A DNA stretch of 64,000 nt, taken from Eledone cirrhosa. Lineage: Eukaryota. The position numbers and the translations under genes are program-made. How positions within the stretch are numbered: the first letter of the stretch is position 1; each line of letters begins with the position of its first letter. The DNA lies in assembly GCA_964016885.1 (NCBI GenBank), contig OZ024743.1, positions 210,428,001 to 210,492,000 of the forward strand, in the 5' to 3' direction. The notes beneath the pieces were generated by a model. That model was not told the origin of the DNA. It did no database searches and saw only the letters and a program-made list of their open reading frames with translations. Below are positions 1-13,290 of the stretch, piece by piece.

Positions 1-3000
1 ATGAAAGCTCTTCACTCCATAAGATATACCACAGTTTACCATCCTATAGCCACTGATGAAAGTTCTTCACCCCATAAGATATACCACAGTTTACCATCCT
101 ATAGCCAGATGAAAGCACTTAACCCCATAAGATATACCACAGTTTACCATCCTATAGTCACACATGAAAGCTCTTCACCCCATAAGATATACCACAGTTT
201 ACCATCCTATAGCCACATATGAAAGCTCTTCACTCTATAAGATATACCACAGTTTACCATCCTATAGCGAGATGAAAGTTCTTCAACCCATAAGATATAC
301 CACAGTTTACCATCCTGTAGCAAGATGAAAGCTCTTCACTCCATAAGATATACCACAGTTTACCATCCTATAGCCACACATGAAAGATCATCACTCCATA
401 AGATATACCACAGTTTACCATCCTATAGCCACACATGAAAGATCTTCACTCCATAAGATATACCACAGTCTACCATACTATAGCCACAGATGAAAGCTCT
501 TCACTCAATAAGATATACCACAGTTTACAATCCTGTAGCCAGATGAAAGCTCTTCACTCCATAAGATATACCACAGTTTACCATCCTATAGCCACACATG
601 AAAGCTCTTCACTCCATAAGATATACCTCAGTTTACCAACCTATAGCCACAGATGAAACTCTTCACTCCATAAGATATACCACAGTTTACAATCCTGTAG
701 CCAGATGAAAGCTCTTCACTCCATAAGATATACCACAGTTTACCATCCTATAGCGACAGATGAAAGCTCTTCACTCCATAAGATATACCACAGTTTACCA
801 TCCTATAGCCAGATGAAAGCTCTTCACTCCATAATATATACCACAGTTCACCATCCTATAGCCAGATGAAAGCTCTTCACTCCATAAGATATACCACAGT
901 TTACCATCCTATAGCCACAGATGAAAGCTCTTCACTCCTTAAGATATACCACAGTTTACCATCCTATAGCCACACATGAAAGCTCTTCACTCCATAAGAT
1001 ATACCACCTTTTACCATCCTGTAGCCACAGATGAAAGCTCTTCACTCCATAAGATATACCACAGTTTACCATCCTATATCCAGATGAAAGCTCTTCACCC
1101 CATAAGATATACCACAGTTTACCATCCTATATCCAGATGAAAGCTCTTCACTCCATAAGATATACCACATTTTACCATCATATAGCCACAGATGAAAGCT
1201 CTTCACTCCATAAGATATACCACAGTTTACCATCCTATGGCCACAGATGAAAGCTCTTCACTCCATAAGATATACCACAGTTTACCATCCTATAGCCACA
1301 GATGAAAACTCTTCACTCCATAAGTTATACCATAGTTTACCATCCTATAGCCGGATGAAAGCTCTTCACTCCATAAGATATACCACAGTCTGCCATCCAA
1401 TAGTCACACATGAAATCTCTTCACTCCATAAGATATACCACAGTTCACCATCCTATAGCCACAGACGAAAGCTCTTCACCCCATAAGACATACAACAGTT
1501 TACCATCCTATAGCCACAGATGAAATCTCTTCATTCCATAAGATATACCACAGTTCACCATCCTATAGCCACAGATGAAAGCTCTTCACTCAATAAGATA
1601 TACCACAGTTTAGCATCCTATAGCCACACATGAAAGCTCTTCACTCCATAAGATATACCACAGTTTACCATCATATAGCCACAGATGAAAGCTTTTCACT
1701 CCATAATATATACCACAGTTTACCATCCTATAGCCACAGATGAAAGCTCTTCACTCCATAAGATATAGCACAGTTTACTATCCTATGGCCACAAATGAAA
1801 GCTCTTCACTCCATAAGATATACCACAGTTTACTATCCTATAGCCACACATGAAAGCTCTTCACTCCATAAGAATTACCACAGTTTACCATTCTATGTCC
1901 ACACATGAAAGCTCTTCACCCCATAAGATATACCACAGTTTACCATCCTATAGCTACAGATGAACGCTCTTCACTCCATAAGATATACCACAGTTTACCA
2001 TCCTATAGCCACAGATGAAAGCTCTTCACTCCATAAGATATACCACAATTTACCATCCTATAGCGAGATGAAAGCTCTTCACCCCATAAGATATACCACA
2101 GTTTACCATACTGTAGCAAGATTAAAGCTCTTCACTCCATAAGATATACCACAGTTTACCATCCTATAGCCACACATGAAAGCTCTTCACTCCATAAGAT
2201 ATACCTCAGTTTACCAACCTATAGCCACTGATGAAACTCTTCACTCCATAAGATATACCACAGTTTAAAATCCTGTAGCCAGATGAAAGCTCTTCACTCC
2301 AGAAAGTATACCACAGTTTACCATCCTATAGCGACAGATGAAAGCTCTTCACTCCATAAGATATACCACAGTTTACCATCCTATAGCCACACATGAAAGC
2401 TCTTCACTCCATAAGATATACCACAGTTTACCATCCTATGGCCACACATGAAAGCTCTTCACCCCATACGATATACCACAGTTTACCATCCTATGGCTAC
2501 ACATGAAAGCTCTTCACTCCATAAGATATACCACAGTTTACCAACCTATGGCCACACATGAAATCTCTTCACCACATAAGATATACCACAGTTTACCATC
2601 CTGTAGCAAGATGAAAGCTCTTCACTCCATAAGATATACCACAGTTTACCATCCTATAGCCACACATGAAAGATCTTCAATCCATAAGATATACCACAGT
2701 TTACCATCCTGTAGCCAGATGAAAGCTCTTCACTCCATAAGATATACCACAGTTTACCATCATATAGCCACAGATGAAACTCTTCACTCCATAAGTTGTA
2801 CCACAGTTTACCATCCTATAGCCACAGATGAAAGCTCTTCACTCCATTAGATATACCACAGTTTACCATCCTATAGCCACACATGAAAGCTCTTCACTCC
2901 ATAAGATATACCACAATTTACCACCCTATAGCCACAGATGAAAGCTCTTCACTCCATAAGATATACTACAGTTTAACATCCTGTAGCCACACATGAAAGC

Positions 3001-5100
3001 TCTTCACTCCATAAGATATACCATAGTTTATAATTCTATAGCCACACATGAAAGCTCTTCACTCCATAAGATATACCACAGTTTACCATCCTATAGCCAC
3101 TGATGAAAGTTCTTCACCCCATAAGATATACCACAGTTTACCATCCTATAGCCAGATGAAAGCACTTAACCCCATAAGATATACCACAGTTTACCATCCT
3201 ATAGTCACACATGAAAGCTCTTCACCCCATAAGATATACCACAGTTTACCATCCTATAGCCACATATGAAAGCTCTTCACTCTATAAGATATACCACAGT
3301 TTACCATCCTATAGCAAGATGAAAGCTCTTCACTCCATAAGATATACCACAGTTTACCATCCTATAGCCACACATGAAAGATCATCACTCCATAAGATAT
3401 ACCACAGTTTACCATCCTATAGCCACACATGAAAGATCTTCACTCCATAAGATATACCACAGTCTACCATACTATAGCCACAGATGAAAGCTCTTCACTC
3501 AATAAGATATACCACAGTTTACAATCCTGTAGCCAGATGAAAGCTCTTCACTCCATAAGATATACCACAGTTTACCATCCTATAGCCACACATGAAAGCT
3601 CTTCACTCCATAAGATATACCTCAGTTTACCAACCTATAGCCACAGATGAAACTCTTCACTCCATAAGATATACCACAGTTTACAATCCTGTAGCCAGAT
3701 GAAAGCTCTTCACTCCATAAGATATACCACAGTTTACCATCCTATAGCGACAGATGAAAGCTCTTCACTCCATAAGATATACCACAGTTTACCATCCTAT
3801 AGCCAGATGAAAGCTCTTCACTCCATAAGATATACCACAGTTCACCATCCTATAGCCAGATGAAAGCTCTTCACTCCATAAGATATACCACAGTTTACCA
3901 TCCTATAGCCACAGATGAAAGCTCTTCACTCCTTAAGATATACCACAGTTTACCATCCTATAGCCACACATGAAAGCTCTTCACTCCATAAGATATACCA
4001 CCTTTTACCATCCTGTAGCCACAGATGAAAGCTCTTCACTCCATAAGATATACCACAGTTTACCATCCTATATCCAGATGAAAGCTCTTCACCCCATAAG
4101 ATATACCACAGTTTACCATCCTATATCCAGATGAAAGCTCTTCACTCCATAAGATATACCACATTTTACCATCATATAGCCACAGATGAAAGCTCTTCAC
4201 TCCATAAGATATACCACAGTTTACCATCCTATGGCCACAGATGAAAGCTCTTCACTCCATAAGATATACCACAGTTTACCATCCTATAGCCACAGATGAA
4301 AACTCTTCACTCCATAAGTTATACCATAGTTTACCATCCTATAGCCGGATGAAAGCTCTTCACTCCATAAGATATACCACAGTCTGCCATCCAATAGTCA
4401 CACATGAAATCTCTTCACTCCATAAGATATACCACAGTTCACCATCCTATAGCCACAGACGAAAGCTCTTCACCCCATAAGACATACCACAGTTTACCAT
4501 CCTATAGCCACAGATGAAAGCTCTTCATTCCATAAGATATACCACAGTTCACCATCCTATAGCCACAGATGAAAGCTCTTCACTCAATAAGATATACCAC
4601 AGTTTACCATCATATAGCCACAGATGAAAGCTTTTCACTCCATAATATATACCACAGTTTACCATCCTATAGCCACAGATGAAAGCTCTTCACTCCATAA
4701 GATATAGCACAGTGTACTATCCTATGGCCACAAATGAAAGCTCTTCACTCCATAAGATATACCACAGTTTACCATCCTATAGCCACACATGAAAGCTCTT
4801 CACTCCATAAGAATTACCACAGTTTACCATTCTATGTCCACACATGAAAGCTCTTCACCCCATAAGATATACCACAGTTTACCATCCTATAGCTACAGAT
4901 GAACGCTCTTCACTCCATAAGATATACCACAGTTTACCATCCTATAGCCACAGATGAAAGCTCTTCACTCCATAAGATATACCACAGTTTACCATCCTAT
5001 AGCGAGATGAAAACTCTTCACCCCATAAGATATACCACAGTTTACCATCCTGTAGCAAGATTAAAGCTCTTCACTCCATAAGATATACCACAGTTTACCA
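1..5100. repeat. ~3.0 kb higher-order duplication (1..~2150 re-occurs at 3048..~5100)
   Basis: Matching variant ORF translations at 1/3048 (offset 3047), 435/3429 and 1247/4241 (2994), and 1960/4899 (2939). Shared private variants include GCACTTAACCCC, CCTTAAG, CACCTTTT and CAGACGAAAG. Offsets shrink by 53 and then 55 bp, each one whole monomer. Confidence 0.9.
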
Positions 5101-5820
5101 TCCTATAGCCACACATGAAAGATCTTCACTGCATAAGATATACCACAGTTTACCATCCTATAGCCACACATGAAAGCTCTTCACTCCATAAGATATACCA
5201 CAGTTTACCATCCTATAGCCAGATGAAAGCTCTTCACTCCATAAGATATACCACAGTTTACCATCCTATGGCCACGCATGAAAACTCTTCACTCCATAAG
5301 ATATACCACAGTTTAACATCCTATAGCCACAGATGAAAGCTCTTCCCTCCAAAGATATACTACGGTTTACTATCCTATAGCCAGATGAAAGCTCTTCACT
5401 CCATAAGATATACCACAGTTTACCATCCTATAGCCACAGATGAAAGCTCTTCACTCCATAATATATACCACAGTTTACCATACTATAGCAAGATGAAAGC
5501 TCTTCACTCCATAAGATATACCACAGTTTACCATCCTATAGCCAGACATGAAAGCTCTTCACTCCATAAGATATACCACAGTTTACCATCCTATAGCCAG
5601 ATGAAATCTCTTCACTCCATAAGATATATCACAGTTTACCATCCTATAGCCATAGATGAAAGCTCTTCACTCCATAAGATATACCACAGTTTACTATCCT
5701 ATGGCCACAAATGAAAGCTCTTCACTCCATAATATATACCACAGTTTACCATCCTATAGCCACACATGAAAGCTCTTTACTCCATAGGATATACCACAGT
5801 TTACCATCCTATAGACACAC

Positions 5821-8800
5821 ATGAAAGCTCTTCACTCCATAACCATAGTTTACCATTCTATAGCCACACATGAAAGCTCTTCACTCCATAAGATATACCA
5901 CAGTTTACCATCCTATAGCCACAGATGAAAGCTCTTTACACCATGAGATATACCACAGTTTACCATCCTATAGCCAGATGAAAGCTTTTCACTCCATAAG
6001 ATATACCACAGATTACCATCCTATTTCAACAGATGAAAGCTCTTCAGTCCATAAGATATACCACAGTTTACCATCCTATGGCCACACATGAAAGCTCTTC
6101 ACCCATAAGATATACCACAGTTTACCATCCTTTCGCAAGATGAAAGCTCTTCACTCCATAGGATATACCACAGTTTACCATCCTATAGCCACACATGAAA
6201 GCTCGTCACTCCATAAGATATACCACAGTTTACTATCCTATTGCCAGATGAAAACTCTTCACTTCATAAGATATAGCAGTTTACCATCCTATAGCCACAG
6301 ATGAAAGCTCTTCAGTCCATAAGATATACCACAGTTTACCACCCTATAGCCAGATGAAAGCTCTTCACTCCATAAGATATACCAGTTTACCATCCTATAG
6401 CCACAGATGAAAGCTCTTCACTCCATAAGATATACCACAGTTCACCACCCTATAGCCAGATGAAAGCTCTTCACTCCATAAGATATACCACAGTTTACCA
6501 TCCTATAGCCACACATGAAAGCTCATCACTCCATAAGATATACCACAGTTTACCATCATATAGCCACAGATGAATGCACATCACTCCATAAGATATACCA
6601 CAGTTTACCATCCTATAGCCACAGATGAAAGCTCTTCACCCCATAAGATATACCACAGTTTACCATTCTATATCCAGATGAAAGCTCTTCACTCCATAAG
6701 ATATACCACAGTTTACCATCCTATAGCCACACATGAAAGCTCTTCACTCCATAAGATATACCACAGTTTACCATCCTATGGCCACACATGAAAGCTCTTC
6801 ACTCCATAAGATATACCACAGTTTACCATCCTATGGCCACAGATGAAAGCTCTTCACTCCATAAGATATACCACAGTTTACCATCCTATAGCCACAGATG
6901 AAAGCTCTTCACTCCATAACATATACCACAGTTTACCATCCTATGGCCACATATGAAAGCTCTTCACTCAATAAGATATACCACAGTTTACCATTCTATG
7001 GCTACACATGAAAGCTCTTCACTCCATAAGATATACCACAGTTTACCAACCTATGGCCATACATGAAAGCTCTTCACTCCATAAGATATACCACAGTTTA
7101 CCATCCTGTAGCCACAGATGAAAGCTGTTCACTCCATAAGATATACGACAGTTTACCATCCTATAGCCACAGATGAAAGCTCTGCAGCCCATAAGATATA
7201 CCACAGTTTACCATCCTATGGCCACACATGAATGCTCTGCACCCCATAAGATATACCACAGTTTACCATCCTATGGCCACACATGAATGCTCTGCACCCC
7301 ATAAGATATACCACAGTTTACCATCCTATGGCCACACATGAAAGCTCTTCACCCCATAAGATATACCACAGTTTACCATCCTATAGCCAGATGAAAGCTC
7401 TTCACTCCATAAGTTATACCAGATTTTACCATCCTATAGCCACAGATGAAAGCTCTTCACTCCATAAGATATACCACAGTTTACATCCTATGGCCACAGA
7501 TGAAAGCTTTTCACTCCATAAGATATACCACAGTTTACCATCCTAAATCCAGATGAAAGCTCTTCACTCCATAAGATATACCACAGTTTACCATCCTATA
7601 TCCAGATGAAAGCTCTTCACTCCATAAGATATACCAGAGTTTACCATCATATAGCCACAGATGAAAGCTCTTCACTCCATAAGATATACCACAGTTTACC
7701 ATCCTACGGCCACAGATGAAAGCTCTTCACTCCATAAGATATACCACAGTTTACCATCCTATGGCCACAGATGAAAGCTCTTCACTCCATAAGTTATACC
7801 ATAGTGTACCATCCTATAGCGGGATCAAAGCTCTTCACTCCATAAGATATACCACAGTCTACCATCCAACAGTCACACATGAAAGCTCTTCACTCCATTA
7901 GATATACCACAGTTTACCTTCCTATAGCCACACATGAATGCTCTTCACTCCATAGGATATACCACAGTTTACCATCCTATAGCCATACATGAACGCTTTT
8001 CAGTCCATAAGATATACCACAGTTTACCATCCTATAGCCATACATGAAAGCTCTTCAGTCCATAAGATATACCACAGTTAACCACCTTATAGCCACAGAT
8101 GAAAGCTCTTAACTCCATAAGATATACCATAGTTTATCATTCTATAGCCACACATTAAAGCTCTTCACTCCATAAGTTATACCACAGTTTACCATCCTAT
8201 AGCCAGATGAAAGCTCTTCACTCCATAAGTTATAGCACAGTCTACCATCCTATAGCCACAGATGAAAGCTCTTCACTCCATAAGATATACTACAGTTTAC
8301 CATCCTATAGCCAGATGAAAGCTCTTCACTCCATAAGATATACCACAGTTTACCATCCTATAGCCACAGATGAAAGCTCTTCACTCCATATTATATACCA
8401 CAGTTTACCATCCTATAGCAAGATGAAAGCTCTTCACTCCATAAGATATACCACAGTTTGCCATCCTATAGCCACACATGAAAGCTCTTCACTCCATAAG
8501 ATATACCACAGTTTACCATCCTATAGCCACAGATGAAAGCTCTTCACTCCATAAGATATACCACAGTTTACCATCCTATGGCCACACATGAAAGCTCTTC
8601 ACCCCATAAGATATACCACAGTTTACCATCCTATAGCCAGATGAAAGCTCTTCACTCCATAAGTTATACCAGATTTTACCATCCTATAGCCACAGATGAA
8701 AGCTCTTCACTCCATAAGATATACCACAGTTTACAATCCTATGGCCACAGATGAAAGCTTTTCACTCCATAAGATATACCACAGTTTACCATCCTAAATC

Positions 8801-11800
8801 CAGATGAAAGCTCTTCACTCCATAAGATATACCACAGTTTACCATCCTATATCCAGATGAAAGCTCTTCACTCCATAAGATATACCAGAGTTTACCATCA
8901 TATAGCCACAGATGAAAGCTCTTCACTCCATAAGATATACCACAGTTTACCATCCTACGGCCACAGATGAAAGCTCTTCACTCCATAAGATATACCACAG
9001 TTTACCATCCTATGGCCACAGATGAAAGCTCTTCACTCCATAAGTTATACCATAGTGTACCATCCTATAGCGGGATCAAAGCTCTTCACTCCATAAGATA
9101 TACCACAGTCTACCATCCAACAGTCACACATGAAAGCTCTTCACTCCATTAGATATACCACAGTTTACCTTCCTATAGCCACACATGAATGCTCTTCACT
9201 CCATAGGATATACCACAGTTTACCATCCTATAGCCATACATGAACGCTTTTCAGTCCATAAGATATACCACAGTTTACCATCCTATAGCCATACATGAAA
9301 GCTCTTCAGTCCATAAGATATACCACAGTTAACCACCTTATAGCCACAGATGAAAGCTCTTAACTCCATAAGATATACCATAGTTTATCATTCTATAGCC
9401 ACACATTAAAGCTCTTCACTCCATAAGTTATACCACAGTTTACCATCCTATAGCCAGATGAAAGCTCTTCACTCCATAAGTTATAGCACAGTCTACCATC
9501 CTATAGCCACAGATGAAAGCTCTTCACTCCATAAGATATACTACAGTTTACCATCCTATAGCCAGATGAAAGCTCTTCACTCCATAAGATATACCACAGT
9601 TTACCATCCTATAGCCACAGATGAAAGCTCTTCACTCCATATTATATACCACAGTTTACCATCCTATAGCAAGATGAAAGCTCTTCACTCCATAAGATAT
9701 ACCACAGTTTGCCATCCTATAGCCACACATGAAAGCTCTTCACTCCATAAGATATACCACAGTTTACCATCCTATAGCCACAGATGAAAGCTCTTCACTC
9801 CATAAGATATACCACAGTTTACCATCCTATGGCCACACATGAAAGCTCTTCACTCCATAAGATATACCACAGTTTACCATCCTATAGCCACACATGAAAG
9901 CTCTTCACTCCATAGGATGTACCACAGTTTACCATCCTATAGCCACACATGAAAGCTCTTCACTCCATAACCATAGTTTACCATTCTATAGCCACACATG
10001 ATAGCTCTTCACTCCATAAGATATACCACAGTTTACCATCCTATAGCCACAGATGAAAGCTCTTTACACCATGAGATATACCACAGTTTACCATCCTATA
10101 GCCAGATGAAAGCTCTTCACTCCATAAGATATACCACAGATTACCATCCTATCTCCACAGATGAAAGCTCTTCAGTCCATAAGATATACCACAGTTTACC
10201 ATCCTATGGCCACACATGAAAGCTCTTCACCCATAAGATATACCACAGTTTACCATCCTTTCGTAAGATGAAAGCTCTTCACTCCATAGGATATACCACA
10301 GTTACCATCCTATAGCCACACATGAAAGCTCGTCACTCCATAAGATATACCACAGTTTACTATCCTATTGCCAGGTGAAAAATCTTCACTCCATAAGATA
10401 TACCACAGTTTACTATCCTATTGCCAGATGAAAACTCTTCACTTCATAAGATATAGCAGTTTACCATCCTATAGCCACAGATGAAAGCTCTTCAGTCCAT
10501 AAGATATACCACAGTTTACCACCCTATAGCCAGATGAAAGCTCTTCACTCCATAAGATATACCAGTTTACCATCCTATAGCCACAGATGAAAGCTCTTCA
10601 CTCCATAAGATATACCACAGTTCACCACCCTATAGCCAGATGAAAGCTCTTCACTCCATAAGATATACCACAGTTTACCATCCTATAGCCACACATGAAA
10701 GCTCTTCACTCCATAAGATATACCACAGTTTACCATCATATAGCCACAGATGAATGCACATCACTCCATAAGATATACCACAGTTTACCATCCTATAGCC
10801 ACAGATGAAAGCTCTTCACCCCATAAGATATACCACAGTTTACCATTCTATATCCAGATGAAAGCTCTTCACTCCATAAGATATACCACAGTTTACCATC
10901 CTATAGCCACACATGAAAGCTCTTCACTCCATAAGATATACCACAGTTTACCATCCTATGGCCACACATGAAAGTTCTTCACTCCATAAGATATACCACA
11001 GTTTACCATCCTATGGCCACAGATGAAAGCTCTTCACTCCATAAGATATACCACAGTTTACCATCCTATAGCCACAGATGAAAGCTCTTCACTCCATAAC
11101 ATATACCACAGTTTACCATCCTATGGCCACATATGAAAGCTCTTCACTCCATAAGATATACCACAGTTTACCATTCTATGGCTACACATGAAAGCTCTTC
11201 ACTCCATAAGATATACCACAGTTTACCAACCTATGGCCATACATGAAAGCTCTTCACTCCATAAGATATACCACAGTTTACCATCCTGTAGCCACAGATG
11301 AAAGCTGTTCACTCCATAAGATATACGACAGTTTACCATCCTATAGCCACAGATGAAAGCTCTGCAGCCCATAAGATATACCACAGTTTACCATCCTATG
11401 GCCACACATGAATGCTCTGCACCCCATAAGATATACCACAGTTTACCATCCTATGGCCACACATGAATGCTCTGCACCCCATAAGATATACCACAGTTTA
11501 CCATCCTATGGCCACACATGAAAGCTCTTCACTCCATCAGATATACCACAGTTTACCATCCTATGGCCACACATGAAAGCTCTTCACCCCATAAGATATA
11601 CCACAGTTTACCATCCTATAGCCAGATGAAAGCTCTTCACTCCATAAGTTATACCAGATTTTACCATCCTATAGCCACAGATGAAAGCTCTTCACTCCAT
11701 AAGATATACCACAGTTTACAATCCTATGGCCACAGATGAAAGCTTTTCACTCCATAAGATATACCACAGTTTACCATCCTAAATCCAGATGAAAGCTCTT

Positions 11801-13290
11801 CATTCCATAAGATATACCACAGTTTACCATCCTATATCCAGATGAAAGCTCTTCACTCCATAAGATATACCAGAGTTTACCATCATATAGCCACAGATGA
11901 AAGCTCTTCACTCCATAAGATATACCACAGTTTACCATCCTACGGCCACAGATGAAAGCTCTTCACTCCATAAGATATACCACAGTTTACCATCCTATGG
12001 CCACAGATGAAAGCTCTTCACTCCATAAGTTATACCATAGTGTACCATCCTATAGCGGGATCAAAGCTCTTCACTCCATAAGATATACCACAGTCTACCA
12101 TCCAACAGTCACACATGAAAGCTCTTCACTCCATTAGATATACCACAGTTTACCATCCTATAGCCACACATGAAACTCTTCACTCCATAGGATATACCAC
12201 AGTTTACCATCCTATAGCCACACATGAATGCTCTTCACTCCATAGGATATACCACAGTTTACCATCCTATAGCCATACATGAACGCTTTTCAGTCCATAA
12301 GATATACCACAGTTTACCATCCTATAGCCATACATGAAAGCTCTTCAGTCCATAAGATATACCACAGTTTACCACCTTATAGCCACAGATGAAAGCTCTT
12401 AACTCCATAAGATATACCATAGTTTATCATTCTATAGCCACACATTAAAGCTCTTCACTCCATAAGTTATACCACAGTTTACCATCCTATAGCCAGATGA
12501 AAGCTCTTCACTCCATAAGATATAGCACAGTCTACCATCCTATAGCCACAGATGAAAGCTCTTCACTCCATAAGATATACTACAGTTTACCTTCCTATAG
12601 CCAGATGAAAGCTCTTCACTCCATAAGATATACCACAGTTTACCATCCTATAGCCACAGATGAAAGCTCTTCACTCCATATTATATACCACAGTTTACCA
12701 TCCTATAGCAAGATGAAAGCTCTTCACTCCATAAGATATACCACAGTTTGCCATCCTATAGCCACACATGAAAGCTCTTCACTCCATAAGATATACCACA
12801 GTTTACCATCCTATAGCCACAGATGAAAGCTCTTCACTCCATAAGATATACCACAGTTTACCATCCTATGGCCACACATGAAAGCTCTTCACTCCATAGG
12901 ATATACCACAGTTTACCATCCTATAGCCACACATGAAAGCTCTTCACTCCATAGGATATACCACAGTTTACCATCCTATAGCCACACATGAAAGCTCTTC
13001 ACTCCATAACCATAGTTTACCATTCTATAGCCACACATGAAAGCTCTTCACTCCATAAGATATACCACAGTTTACCATCCTATAGCCACAGATGAAAGCT
13101 CTTTACACCATGAGATATACCACAGTTTACCATCCTATAGCCAGATGAAAGCTCTTCACTCCATAAGATATACCACAGATTACCATCCTATCTCCACAGA
13201 TGAAAGCTCTTCAGTCCATAAGATATACCACAGTTTACCATCCTATGGCCACACATGAAAGCTCTTCACCCATAAGATATACCACAGTTT
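5821..13290. repeat. ~3.0 kb higher-order repeat region (about 2.5 turns, containing the 1251-bp internal duplication)
   Basis: ORF offsets are 8533/11518 and 8967/11952 (2985), 9458/12497 and 9998/13037 (3039), 5870/9998 (4128) and 6570/10750 (4180). The 49-bp deletion monomer recurs at 5821, 9949 and 12988. Confidence 0.8.
7338..9838. repeat. Tandem duplication of a 1250/1251-bp unit (about 23 monomers): 7338-8587 and 8588-9838
   Basis: ORF pairs 7716/8967 and 8207/9458 are both offset by 1251. Shared private variants include AAGTTATAGCACAGTCT, AGTTAACCACCTTA and TTTACCTTCC. Confidence 0.92.

Noticed and set aside
2-14. Heat-shock element array (GAA...TTC)
   Set aside because: The canonical HSE is nGAAnnTTCnnGAAn with 2-nt spacing. 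Here GAA and TTC are 5 nt apart and there is no third unit.
2301-2310. Singleton clustered change AGAAAGTATA in place of ATAAGATATA, and singleton 1-bp indels (e.g. ~5351, ~7484, ~26182, ~63481)
   Set aside because: Each is seen once, so it cannot be told apart from consensus or sequencing error without reads.
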